Below are positions 17,888-26,319 of a stretch of 64,000 nucleotides of DNA, in pieces. Below the pieces are notes generated by a model. The model was not told the DNA's origin. It worked only from the letters and a program-made list of their open reading frames with translations, and made no database searches. The position numbers and the translations under genes were made by a program. Every line of letters starts with the position of its first letter. The first letter of the stretch is position 1. The stretch comes from Alphaproteobacteria bacterium (GTDB taxonomy: Bacteria; Pseudomonadota; Alphaproteobacteria; Rhodobacterales; Rhodobacteraceae), in contig JARFTV010000002.1 in the NCBI GenBank assembly GCA_029289325.1, forward strand, positions 114,507-178,506. The letters are read 5' to 3'.

Positions 17888-19267
17888 ATGTCCGATCCCC
17901 TCTCCCCAAGCAGCTATGACGTGGCGGTGATCGGCGCGGGCGTGGTCGGTTGCGCGCTGGCGCGGGCCTTCACTCTGGCAGGCGCGCGGGTGGTGGTGCT
18001 GGAAAAGGCGGCGGATGTGCTGGACGGGGCGTCCAAGGGCAACAGCGCGATCCTGCACACGGGTTTCGACGCGCCGAAAGGCAGTCTGGAACTGGCCTGC
18101 ATCCGTGAGGGATACGCCCTTTATCACGACATCCGCGAACGGCTGGGCCTGCCCCTTGTCCGCGCGGGCGCGATGGTGCTGGCCTGGTCCGAGGAAGAGG
18201 TCGCGGGCCTGCCGGCACTGATGGCGCAGGCCGAGGCGAACGGGATCACCGATCTTGAGGCGCTGACCGGGGTCGGGGTTCGGGCGCTGGAACCGGCGCT
18301 GTCCGAGGGCGTCCGGGGGGGCTTCCGGGTGCCGGGCGAGCATCTGATCGACCCCTGGTCGGCCGCGCATGGCTATCTGGCGCAGGCGTTGGCCAATGGC
18401 ACGGTCCTGATGCGACAGGCCGAGGTGCTGGCGGGCCGCCACTCGGCCGGGCACTGGCATCTGGCGACGACGGCGGGCGCGGTGACGGCGGATCTTGTCA
18501 TCAACGCGGCGGGGCTTTGGGGCGATGAGGTGGACCGGCGGGTGATCGGCGAAAGCTGGTTCACCATCAAGCCGAGGAAGGGCCAGTTCGTCGTCTACGA
18601 CAAGACCGCCGCCGCCCTGGCCGGGCATATCCTGCTGCCGGTGCCCACGAAGATCACCAAGGGCATCGTTGTCTGCCGAACGGCCTTCGGGAACCTGCTC
18701 GTCGGTCCGACGGCCGAGGAACAGGACGGCCGCGAACATGCCACGGTCGAGCGCGAGACCCTTCAGGCCTTGATGCGCCGGGGCTGCGAGATCCTTCCTG
18801 CGCTGGCCGATCACGAGGTGACGGCGGTCTATGCGGGCCTGCGCCCCGCGACCGAGGAAAAGCATTACCGCATCCGCGACGACCTTGCGCCGGGCTATAT
18901 CTGCGTCGGCGGCATCCGGTCGACGGGCCTGTCGGCGGCCCTTGGGATCGCGGCGCATGTGGTACGACTGGCGGGGCGAGACGGGACCCTTGCCGATCCG
19001 ATCTGGCCGGAGATGCCCAACCTCTCGGTCGATGGGGAACGCGACTGGCAGCGGCCCGGTCACGGCGGAATCGTCTGCCATTGCGAACTGGTCACCCGGC
19101 GCGAGATCGAGGCGGCACTGACCGGGCCGATGGCGGCGGGCAGTCTGGCGGGGCTGAAGCGTCGGACACGGGTCACGATGGGGCGCTGTCAGGGGTTCTA
19201 CTGCTCGGCCGAACTGGCGCGGATCACCGAGGGGCGGCTGACGCAGCCGATGCTTGGCCATGACTGA
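17888..19267 (+). CDS. FAD-dependent oxidoreductase, GlpA/LhgO-like, with C-terminal BFD-type [2Fe-2S] motif (putative glycerol-3-phosphate dehydrogenase subunit)
   Basis: 459 aa. Dinucleotide motif DVAVIGAGVVGCA. C-terminal CHCELVTRREIE...RVTMGRCQGFYC. Confidence 0.8.
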   Translation: MSDPLSPSSYDVAVIGAGVVGCALARAFTLAGARVVVLEKAADVLDGASKGNSAILHTGFDAPKGSLELACIREGYALYHDIRERLGLPLVRAGAMVLAWSEEEVAGLPALMAQAEANGITDLEALTGVGVRALEPALSEGVRGGFRVPGEHLIDPWSAAHGYLAQALANGTVLMRQAEVLAGRHSAGHWHLATTAGAVTADLVINAAGLWGDEVDRRVIGESWFTIKPRKGQFVVYDKTAAALAGHILLPVPTKITKGIVVCRTAFGNLLVGPTAEEQDGREHATVERETLQALMRRGCEILPALADHEVTAVYAGLRPATEEKHYRIRDDLAPGYICVGGIRSTGLSAALGIAAHVVRLAGRDGTLADPIWPEMPNLSVDGERDWQRPGHGGIVCHCELVTRREIEAALTGPMAAGSLAGLKRRTRVTMGRCQGFYCSAELARITEGRLTQPMLGHD

Positions 19268-20471
19268 GCCCGAGGTCATCGTCGTCGGGGCCGGTCCTGC
19301 CGGACTGTCCGCGGCCACCGAGCTTGCCCGCGCGGGCCGCCGCGTGCTGGTGCTGGAGCGCGAGGCCGAGGCCGGGGGCATCCCGCGCCACTGTGGCCAT
19401 TCCCCCTATGGACTGCGCGAATTCCGCCGCCTGATGGGCGGCCCGGCCTATGCCGCCCGCCTGCGGGCCGAGGCGCTGGCGGCGGGAGCGATGATCCGCA
19501 CTGCGACGACGGTGACCGCCCTCCTGCCCGGCGGAAAGGTCGAGGTGACGGGCGATGCCGGTCCCGAGACGCTGGCCGCGCCCGTGGTCCTGCTGGCAAC
19601 AGGGGTGCGCGAGACGAGCCGCGCCGCACGGCTGATCGGGGGCGACAAACCGGGCGGGGTGCTCAACACCGCCGCGTTGCAGGGCCTTGTCTACCTGAAC
19701 CGGCAGATCCCTTTCCGCAGGCCCGTGATCCTTGGGACGGAGCTGGTCGCGTTCTCGGCCCTGCTCACCTGCCGCCATGCCGGGATCAGGCCGGTGGCAA
19801 TGGTGGAGCCCGGCAGCCGCCTCACCGCATGGTCCGCCGCCCGCTGGTTGCCGCGCCTCTTGGGCGTGCCGCTGCACCTGCGGACCGGGATCGCGACGAT
19901 CAAGGGCCGGGCGCGCGTGGAAGCGGTGACCCTTGCCACCCCCTCGGGCGAGGTCGAGGTGGAAACGGACGGCGTCATCGTCACCGGGGGGTTCCGGCCG
20001 GAATCCGCCCTGCTCCTCGCCAGTCATCTGGCCGTCGATCCGCATGGCGGCGGGCCGGTGATCGATGCCTGGGGGCGGCTTTCCGACCCCGCCTATTTCG
20101 CCGCCGGGAACATTCTGCGCGGCGTGGAGACAGCGGGCTGGTGCTGGGCCGAAGGCCGCAGGACCGCCCGCGCGATCCTTGTCGCGCTGGAGGGTCGCCT
20201 GCCCGCCCCCGGCGGCGCGCGGCTGGTCCTGGCCCATCCCGCGCTGCGCCTTGCCGTGCCGCAGGTCCTGGCCCCTGCCCCGGCCGCCGCGCATGACCGG
20301 CTCCAGATCCGCCTGTCCCGGGCCACGAAGGGGCGTTTGCGGCTGGTGCAGGCCGGGCGCACGCTTTCGGAGGCCCGGATCGACACCCTGCCCGAACGTC
20401 GGGTCTTCCTGCGGCTGCCCGCCGCCCTTTCCGACGCCGATCTCCGGCTGGAAATCGAGGAAGACGCATGA
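19260..20471 (+). CDS. NAD(P)/FAD-dependent pyridine-nucleotide-disulfide-type oxidoreductase
   Basis: ORF from the TTG at 19254. The ATG at 19260 overlaps the upstream stop (ATGACTGA). Motif VIVVGAGPAGLSAA. Stop overlaps the kinase start (ATGA at 20468-20471). Confidence 0.75.
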   Translation: MTEPEVIVVGAGPAGLSAATELARAGRRVLVLEREAEAGGIPRHCGHSPYGLREFRRLMGGPAYAARLRAEALAAGAMIRTATTVTALLPGGKVEVTGDAGPETLAAPVVLLATGVRETSRAARLIGGDKPGGVLNTAALQGLVYLNRQIPFRRPVILGTELVAFSALLTCRHAGIRPVAMVEPGSRLTAWSAARWLPRLLGVPLHLRTGIATIKGRARVEAVTLATPSGEVEVETDGVIVTGGFRPESALLLASHLAVDPHGGGPVIDAWGRLSDPAYFAAGNILRGVETAGWCWAEGRRTARAILVALEGRLPAPGGARLVLAHPALRLAVPQVLAPAPAAAHDRLQIRLSRATKGRLRLVQAGRTLSEARIDTLPERRVFLRLPAALSDADLRLEIEEDA

Positions 20472-21880
20472 AGATCGCCGCCATCGACCAGGGCACGACC
20501 AGCACCCGCAGCCTGCTTCTGGGGCCGGACGGTCGGCTGAGCCCGGTCGTGTCGCTGCCGCATCAGCAGGACTATCCGGCGCCGGGCCATGTGGAGCAGG
20601 ACGGCGAGGCGCTCTTGGCCAATGTCGCCCGTTGTCTGGAGGCGGCGGGGGCAAAGGTCGTCGGCCTGGCCAACCAAGGGGAAAGCTGCCTTGCCTGGGA
20701 TGGGCGTGACGGGCGGCCGCTGGGGCCGGTCATCTCATGGCAGGACGACCGGACGGCGGATGTTACCGAGGCGCTGACCCGCGACGGCGCGGGGCCCGAG
20801 GTCATGGCGCGGGCGGGATTGCCGCTGGACCCGTATTTCTCGGCCTCGAAACTCGGCTGGATCCTGCGGCACAACCCCGAGGCGGCCGAGCTGGCGCGGC
20901 TGGGTCATTTGCGGCTTGGCACCACCGATGCCTTCTTCCGTGACCGGCTGACGGGGCGGTTCGAGACCGATATCGCCACCGCCTCGCGCACCTCGCTGTT
21001 GAACCTTGCGACGGGGGACTGGGACCCGGAGCTTTGCCGTCTGTTCGGCGTCCCGCTGGACGCCCTGCCCCGGATCGGACCGACCTCGGGGGATCTGGGC
21101 ACCCTGCCCGGCGGAGCAAGGCTGGCCGCCGCCATCGTCGACCAGCAGGCGGCGCTTTATGGTCACGGCTGCCGGACGCCCGGCGCGGCCAAGGTGACGT
21201 TCGGGACCGGGGCCTTCGTGCAATGCCTGACCGGGGGGCTGGTGCGCCCCGACCGGCCCGGTCCCCTGCCGACTGTCGCCTGGCGGGCCGAGGGCCAGCC
21301 GGTGAGCTATGCGCTGGACGGGGGCGTCTATGCCGCAGCCTCGGCAGTGAACTGGGCGCGCGACCTTGGGCTGTTCCGCGCCTTCTGCGAGATTTCCGTC
21401 TTTCCCGATGCCCCCGCGATCGACCGGGGGCTGGCCTTTGTCCCGGCGCTGGCGGGCCTTGGCTGCCCGCACTGGAACCGGGGCGCACGCGGGGCCTGGC
21501 TGGGCCTTGCCCTTGCCGATCGGCGTGAGGACATGATGCAGGCACTGGTCGAGGGCATCGCCTTGCGCACCGCCGAAGTGCTGGAGGCGATGGCCGCGCT
21601 GCAACCCTTCCGGGGGCCGGTCTCGGTCGATGGTGGGCTGGCGAAAAACGGCTATTTCACCACCTTCCTTGCCGAAGTGGCGGGCCACGACCTTTTCCTG
21701 CCCGAAGAGACCGAACAGACCGCCGCGGGCGTGGCCCGGATGGCGGCCGAGGCGGAGGGGCTCGCGATCCCAGAGCTGCGACCGGGCCGTGAGCTTCCCG
21801 GACGTCTGGCACAGAGGGGCGCGCGGATGGCCCGCTTCGCCGCAGCCCGGCGGGCGGTCGAGGGCTATGCCAGCACCTAA
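20468..21880 (+). CDS. glpK: FGGY-family carbohydrate kinase, glycerol-kinase-like
   Basis: 470 aa. Contains IDQGTTSTR, PYFSASKLGWIL, VDQQAALYG, TFGTGAF and VDGGLAKN, which align with the GlpK motifs I remember. Somewhat shorter than the canonical enzyme. Confidence 0.75.
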   Translation: MKIAAIDQGTTSTRSLLLGPDGRLSPVVSLPHQQDYPAPGHVEQDGEALLANVARCLEAAGAKVVGLANQGESCLAWDGRDGRPLGPVISWQDDRTADVTEALTRDGAGPEVMARAGLPLDPYFSASKLGWILRHNPEAAELARLGHLRLGTTDAFFRDRLTGRFETDIATASRTSLLNLATGDWDPELCRLFGVPLDALPRIGPTSGDLGTLPGGARLAAAIVDQQAALYGHGCRTPGAAKVTFGTGAFVQCLTGGLVRPDRPGPLPTVAWRAEGQPVSYALDGGVYAAASAVNWARDLGLFRAFCEISVFPDAPAIDRGLAFVPALAGLGCPHWNRGARGAWLGLALADRREDMMQALVEGIALRTAEVLEAMAALQPFRGPVSVDGGLAKNGYFTTFLAEVAGHDLFLPEETEQTAAGVARMAAEAEGLAIPELRPGRELPGRLAQRGARMARFAAARRAVEGYAST

Positions 21881-23046
21881 GCCGACAGGGCCGCCGCCAC
21901 GCCCCGAAGTTCGGCCAGCCCCCGCAGCCGACCGATCAGCGGATAGCCGGGATGGGTGCCGCGGCCGATGTCCGACAGAAGCTCATGCCCGTGGTCGGGG
22001 CGGAAGGGGATCGTGGCATCCCCGCGCCCCTCGGCCGCGCGGCGGCGTTCCTCGGTCAGAAGGGCGTCGATCAGGGCTACCATGTCGGTGTCGCCGTCCA
22101 GATGCGCCGCCTCTTCAAAGCTGCCGTCGGGGTCCTTCCTGACGTTGCGCAGATGGGCGAAATGGATGCGGTCGGCGAAGCGGCGGGCAATGGCGGGCAC
22201 GTCATTTGCCGGATTCGCCCCGAGGGAGCCCGCACAAAGCGTCAGCCCGTTCGACCGCGCCGGAACCGCCTCCAGCGCGAAAGCGATGCCTTCGGCGTCC
22301 GAGACGATGCGCGGCAGGCCCAGAAGATCGCGCGGCGGGTCGTCCGGATGGACGCAGAGGCGCATCCCCAGTTCCTCGGCCGTGGGGATCACCTCTTGCA
22401 GGAAACGGTGGTAATTGGCGCGAAGGCTGTCACGGTCGATGCCGTGGTAGCCCTGCAGCGCGGCCTTCAGCCCCGCGATGTCGTAGCGGTCATAGGCACC
22501 GGGCAGGCCCGACATGATGGAATGGAGGAGCGTCTGGCGGTCATCCTCGGTCGATTGCTGGAACCAGACCGCCGCATCCTTGCGGACCTCCTCGGGATAA
22601 TCGCCCTCGGCCTCGCGCCGCCCGAGCATGTGGATCTCGAAAGCGGCCATCTTCGGGGCCGAGAAGCGCAGGCAGGTGCCGCCCCGCGCGACGGGGGCGG
22701 CAAGGTCGGTGCGGGTCCAGTCGATCAGCGGCATGAAGTTGTAGCAGATCGTCTGGATGCCATTGGCCGCAAGGTTGGCCATGCTTTGCCGGTAGTTGGC
22801 GAAAAGCTGGGACAGGTCGCCTTCCCCGCGCTTGATCCGTTCGTGGATCGGCAGGCTTTCGACGACGACCCAGTCGAAGCCCGCCGCCTGAATCTCGGCC
22901 TTGCGGGCGGCGATCAGCTCCTTGGGCAAGACCTCGCCATAGGGGATCTCGTGCAACGCGGTGACGATGCCCGAGGCCCCGGTCTGGGCAATCTCTGGCA
23001 GGGTGATCTTGTCGAAGGGACCATACCAGCGCCAGCTTTCGATCAT
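21877..23046 (-). CDS. uxuA: Mannonate dehydratase
   Basis: 389 aa. WRWYGP, CYNFMPLIDWTRTDL, VHPDDPPRDLLGLPRIVS and RPDHGH blocks match E. coli UxuA. Confidence 0.9.
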   Translation of the reverse strand: MIESWRWYGPFDKITLPEIAQTGASGIVTALHEIPYGEVLPKELIAARKAEIQAAGFDWVVVESLPIHERIKRGEGDLSQLFANYRQSMANLAANGIQTICYNFMPLIDWTRTDLAAPVARGGTCLRFSAPKMAAFEIHMLGRREAEGDYPEEVRKDAAVWFQQSTEDDRQTLLHSIMSGLPGAYDRYDIAGLKAALQGYHGIDRDSLRANYHRFLQEVIPTAEELGMRLCVHPDDPPRDLLGLPRIVSDAEGIAFALEAVPARSNGLTLCAGSLGANPANDVPAIARRFADRIHFAHLRNVRKDPDGSFEEAAHLDGDTDMVALIDALLTEERRRAAEGRGDATIPFRPDHGHELLSDIGRGTHPGYPLIGRLRGLAELRGVAAALSA

Positions 23047-24470
23047 GTCAGGGCCTCCACAGCGCCACGGGCGCCTTTCTGCAACAGGGATTTGTAGGCC
23101 AGCGTCAGGCAGGTCTGAAGCTGCGCCGCCAGCGGGCGTGGGAAGATCTCGGCGAAGGCCAGAAGTGCCGCGACCTTGCCCTCGGGCGTTGCCTTGGCGG
23201 CGGCAGCTTCGCGGAGCCTCTCGGACAGCGGGTCGCGCACGTCGATGGGGCGGCCGGTGAGGTCGGTCCCGCCGACATAGACCATCCAGCCCGCCACGGC
23301 GAGCGCAAGGCCGGGGCAGTCCCGCCCGGCGGCCAGATTGTCGGCCAGCGTGCCAAGGATGCGCTGCGGCAGTTTTTGGCTGCCGTCCATCGCGATCTGC
23401 CAGGTCCGGTGCCGGATGCCGGGATTGCGGTAGCGCTCCTCCAACCGTCTGGCATAGGCAGCCAGGTCGACGCCCGGCGGCGGGGTCAGGGCCGGGATGA
23501 TCTCGTCCAGCCAGAGCGAACGGGTGAAGGCGGCAAGAGCGGGATCGGCCATGCAGTCGGCGATGGTCTCGTGCCCGGCAAGGTAGCCGAGGTAGGCCAG
23601 CGACGAATGGGTGCCATTCAGCATCCGCAGCTTCATATGCTCATGCGGCGTCACATCGGCGACCAGCTCGGCTCCGACCGAGGCAAGATCGGGGCGCTGG
23701 CCGTCGACGAAATCATCCTCGATCACCCATTGCCGGAAGGGTTCGTGCTGGACCGGGGCGCGGTCCTCGGTGCCGGTCAGGCGGGCGACGGCGGCGAACG
23801 TCTCGGGCGTGGTGGCCGGAACGATGCGGTCGACCATGGTTGCGGGAAAGCGCGCCTCGACCTCGATCCAGGCGGCAAGGGCGGGGTCGAGCCGCCGGGC
23901 AAAGTCCAGCACCAGACCTCGTAGCAGGCGGCCGTTGTTCGGCAGGTTGTCGCAGGTAAGCGTGGTGAAGGGGCGCAGGCCGCGCTGGTGACGCAGGTGC
24001 AGCGCGCGGGCGAGGAAGCCGATGGCCGTGCGGAGCAAGGGCTGGGTCAGGTCATGCGCTATATCCGGGTGGTCCGCGTTCAGCCGCCCGGTCGCGGGCT
24101 GGTGGCAATAGCCCTTTTCGGTGACGGTCAGGCTGACGATCCGGGTGGCCGGGTCGGCCATCGCCTCCAGCACCGCCTGCGGGTCCTCCGGCGCGACGAG
24201 GACGCCGGTGACGCTGGTGACAAGGCGCGCGGTTTGGCCGTCCGGGCCAAGCTCCAGCGCGTGGTAGAGGCCCTGCTGCGGCCCAAGCGCGTCGCGGACA
24301 TCGGGGCGTTGCAGCGAGACGCCGAGGATGCCCCAATCGCCCGTCCGGTCGGCCTCTTGCACATAGATCGCGCCATGGGCACGGAAGAAGGCGCCGAGAC
24401 CAAGGTGGACGATGCCGACCTTCGGGGCGGGGGTGGTGCGGCGCAGGTCAGCGGGCAAGCCAGCCTCCAT
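23043..24470 (-). CDS. uxuB: Fructuronate reductase (D-mannonate oxidoreductase, mannitol dehydrogenase family)
   Basis: 475 aa. IVSLTVTEKGYCH, MVDRIVPATTPET, EPFRQWVIED, MKLRMLNG and HRTWQIAMDGSQKLPQR match E. coli UxuB. Confidence 0.85.
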   Translation of the reverse strand: MEAGLPADLRRTTPAPKVGIVHLGLGAFFRAHGAIYVQEADRTGDWGILGVSLQRPDVRDALGPQQGLYHALELGPDGQTARLVTSVTGVLVAPEDPQAVLEAMADPATRIVSLTVTEKGYCHQPATGRLNADHPDIAHDLTQPLLRTAIGFLARALHLRHQRGLRPFTTLTCDNLPNNGRLLRGLVLDFARRLDPALAAWIEVEARFPATMVDRIVPATTPETFAAVARLTGTEDRAPVQHEPFRQWVIEDDFVDGQRPDLASVGAELVADVTPHEHMKLRMLNGTHSSLAYLGYLAGHETIADCMADPALAAFTRSLWLDEIIPALTPPPGVDLAAYARRLEERYRNPGIRHRTWQIAMDGSQKLPQRILGTLADNLAAGRDCPGLALAVAGWMVYVGGTDLTGRPIDVRDPLSERLREAAAAKATPEGKVAALLAFAEIFPRPLAAQLQTCLTLAYKSLLQKGARGAVEALT

Positions 24471-25173
24471 CGACGTTCAGGATCGCGCCGTGGACATAGG
24501 CTGCGGCGGGGGAGCACAGGAAGACGGCGGTCCCGGCGATATCATCAGGCCGGCCCCAGCGCCCGGCCGGGATGCGGTCGAGGATCGCGCGGTTGCGCTC
24601 GGGGTCGGCGCGAAGCGCGGAGGTGTTGGCGGTCTCGATATATCCCGGCGCGATGGCGTTCACGTTGATGCCCCTGGCAGCCCATTCATTGGCGAGAAGC
24701 TTTGTCAGCCCCGCGACCCCGTGCTTGGCGGCGGTGTAGGAGGGGACGCGGATGCCGCCCTGGAAGGACAGAAGCGAGGCGATGTTGACGATCGCGCCCG
24801 GCGCACTGCGCTGGACCAGCGCCTTGGCGAAGGCCTGCGCCGTGAAGAACACCGCCTTGAGGTTGACGTCGATCACCTCGTCCCAGTCGGCCTCGGTGAA
24901 GTCCAGACTGTCGGCGCGGCGGATGGTCCCGGCATTGTTGATCAGGATGTCATAGTCGCCGTCGGCAAAGGTCTCGCGGGCGGCCATCGGGTCGGCGAAG
25001 TCGAGGCGGATCGCCCGTGCGCCAGGGATGAGCGCCAGCGTCTCGTCACAGTCGCGGCGCGCGGCAAGGGTCACGCGCGCCCCCGCCTGATGCAGCGCCA
25101 AGGCGATGGCCTGACCGATCCCGGCATTTGCGCCGGTGACCAGCGCGTGGCGACCCTCCAGCGAGAAGCTCAT
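24448..25173 (-). CDS. kduD: 2-dehydro-3-deoxy-D-gluconate 5-dehydrogenase (SDR)
   Basis: ORF to 25284, but the ATG at 25173 (MSFSLEGRHALVTGANAGIG) overlaps the kduI stop (ATGA). The C-terminal half closely matches E. coli KduD (SFQGGIRVPSYTA...DRIPAGRWG...VDGGWLAR). Confidence 0.85.
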   Translation of the reverse strand: MSFSLEGRHALVTGANAGIGQAIALALHQAGARVTLAARRDCDETLALIPGARAIRLDFADPMAARETFADGDYDILINNAGTIRRADSLDFTEADWDEVIDVNLKAVFFTAQAFAKALVQRSAPGAIVNIASLLSFQGGIRVPSYTAAKHGVAGLTKLLANEWAARGINVNAIAPGYIETANTSALRADPERNRAILDRIPAGRWGRPDDIAGTAVFLCSPAAAYVHGAILNVDGGWLAR

Positions 25174-25994
25174 CGCAGGTCCCCCATCGCGACCATCTCG
25201 ACGTCCTTGTAGTCGACGTTGTCGCCCGCCATCGCCCAGACGAAGGTATAACTCCCGGTGCCCGCGCCGCAGTGGATCGACCATGGGGGCGAGAGCACCG
25301 CCTCTTCATTGGCGACGACGAGGTGACGGGTTTCCGACGGCTCGCCCATCATGTGGAAGACGCGCGCCTCGGGGGCGAGGTCGAAGTAGAAATAGGCCTC
25401 CATCCGGCGGTCGTGCAGGTGGGCGGGCATGGTGTTCCAGACGGAGCCACCGTGGAATTTCGTATAGCCCAGAACCAGTTGGCAGCTTTCCATCACCTCG
25501 GGGTGGATGAACTGATAGATCGTGCGGTGATTGGCGGTTTCCGCCGCGCCGGTGGTGAAGCTCTTGGCCTCGGCCAGCCGGATCAGGCGCGCGGGCAGGC
25601 TGGCATGGGCGGGGGCGGAGGTCAGGTAGAACCGGCCCTCGCCGGCAAAGGTGACAGGCCCCAGCCCCCGGCCAAGGTAGAGGACATCACCCTTCGCCAT
25701 CGCATGGGACTGGCCCGCGGCGGTCACCGTGCCGGGGCCGCCGACGTTGACCACGCCCAACTCGCGTCGGTCCAGAAGGCTGGCGGTGCCACATTCCCCG
25801 ACATGATCCAGCTTCACGCTGCCCCCGGCCGGGACGGCTCCACCCACGATCATCCGGTCGTAGTGGCTGTAGATCAGGCGGATTTCACCCGCTGCAAAGA
25901 GCCCCTGCCCCAGGAAGGCCCCGCGCAGGGCGGCGGTGTCCATGCCCTTGGCCTCGGTGGGAGAGATGGCGGGGCGGGTCTCGACGGTCAGCAT
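25170..25994 (-). CDS. kduI: 5-dehydro-4-deoxy-D-glucuronate isomerase
   Basis: 274 aa. RRELGVVNVGG, WNTMPAHLHDRRMEAYFYF and SPPWSIHCGAG blocks match KduI. Confidence 0.9.
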   Translation of the reverse strand: MLTVETRPAISPTEAKGMDTAALRGAFLGQGLFAAGEIRLIYSHYDRMIVGGAVPAGGSVKLDHVGECGTASLLDRRELGVVNVGGPGTVTAAGQSHAMAKGDVLYLGRGLGPVTFAGEGRFYLTSAPAHASLPARLIRLAEAKSFTTGAAETANHRTIYQFIHPEVMESCQLVLGYTKFHGGSVWNTMPAHLHDRRMEAYFYFDLAPEARVFHMMGEPSETRHLVVANEEAVLSPPWSIHCGAGTGSYTFVWAMAGDNVDYKDVEMVAMGDLR

Positions 25995-26007
25995 GGGCGG
26001 GCCTTTC

Positions 26008-26319
26008 TTACAGGAAGTCGTCGCGGCGCGGGGTGAAGCTGTCGATCAGCATCCCCGCCTCGAGGCAGCGGCAGCCGTGGGGGGCGTTGCCGGGGATCAC
26101 GAAACTGTCGCCGGGTCCAACCTCATGCTGCTTGCCGTCGACGGTGAAGGCAAAGCGACCCGACTGGACATAGGTCGCCTGCACATGGGGATGGTGGTGC
26201 AGCGCTCCCTCGGCACCCTGGTCGAAGTGGAAGGCAACGACCATCAGATCAGGGTTGTCCGCCAGGACCTGACGGGTGACGCCGGGCGCGGTGGTGACAA
26301 GGGGAAAGGTCATGGGCAT
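26008..26319 (-). CDS. kdgF: Small cupin protein, KdgF-like
   Basis: 103-aa C-terminal part of ORF 26008-26874. The ATG at 26319 shares one base with the TRAP large-permease stop (TGATG). Cupin motif GALHHHPHVQATYVQSG...PGNAPHG. Sits between the transporter and kduI, as is usual for kdgF. Confidence 0.7.
   Translation of the reverse strand: MPMTFPLVTTAPGVTRQVLADNPDLMVVAFHFDQGAEGALHHHPHVQATYVQSGRFAFTVDGKQHEVGPGDSFVIPGNAPHGCRCLEAGMLIDSFTPRRDDFL

Noticed and set aside
24448-25284. N-terminally extended ORF versions of real genes (also 12986-13867, 26008-26874, 28179-29279, 34853-36181, 39763-41769, 41705-43102, 43718-45187, 45301-45903, 45696-46382, 47765-48718, 48815-50062, 49306-51132, 52936-53649, 55474-57126)
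   Set aside because: The extensions overlap the preceding gene or the intergenic promoter, translate to Arg/Pro/Gly-rich sequence, and lack homology. Internal starts that match homologue N-termini, RBS positions or ATGA/TGATG coupling were used instead.
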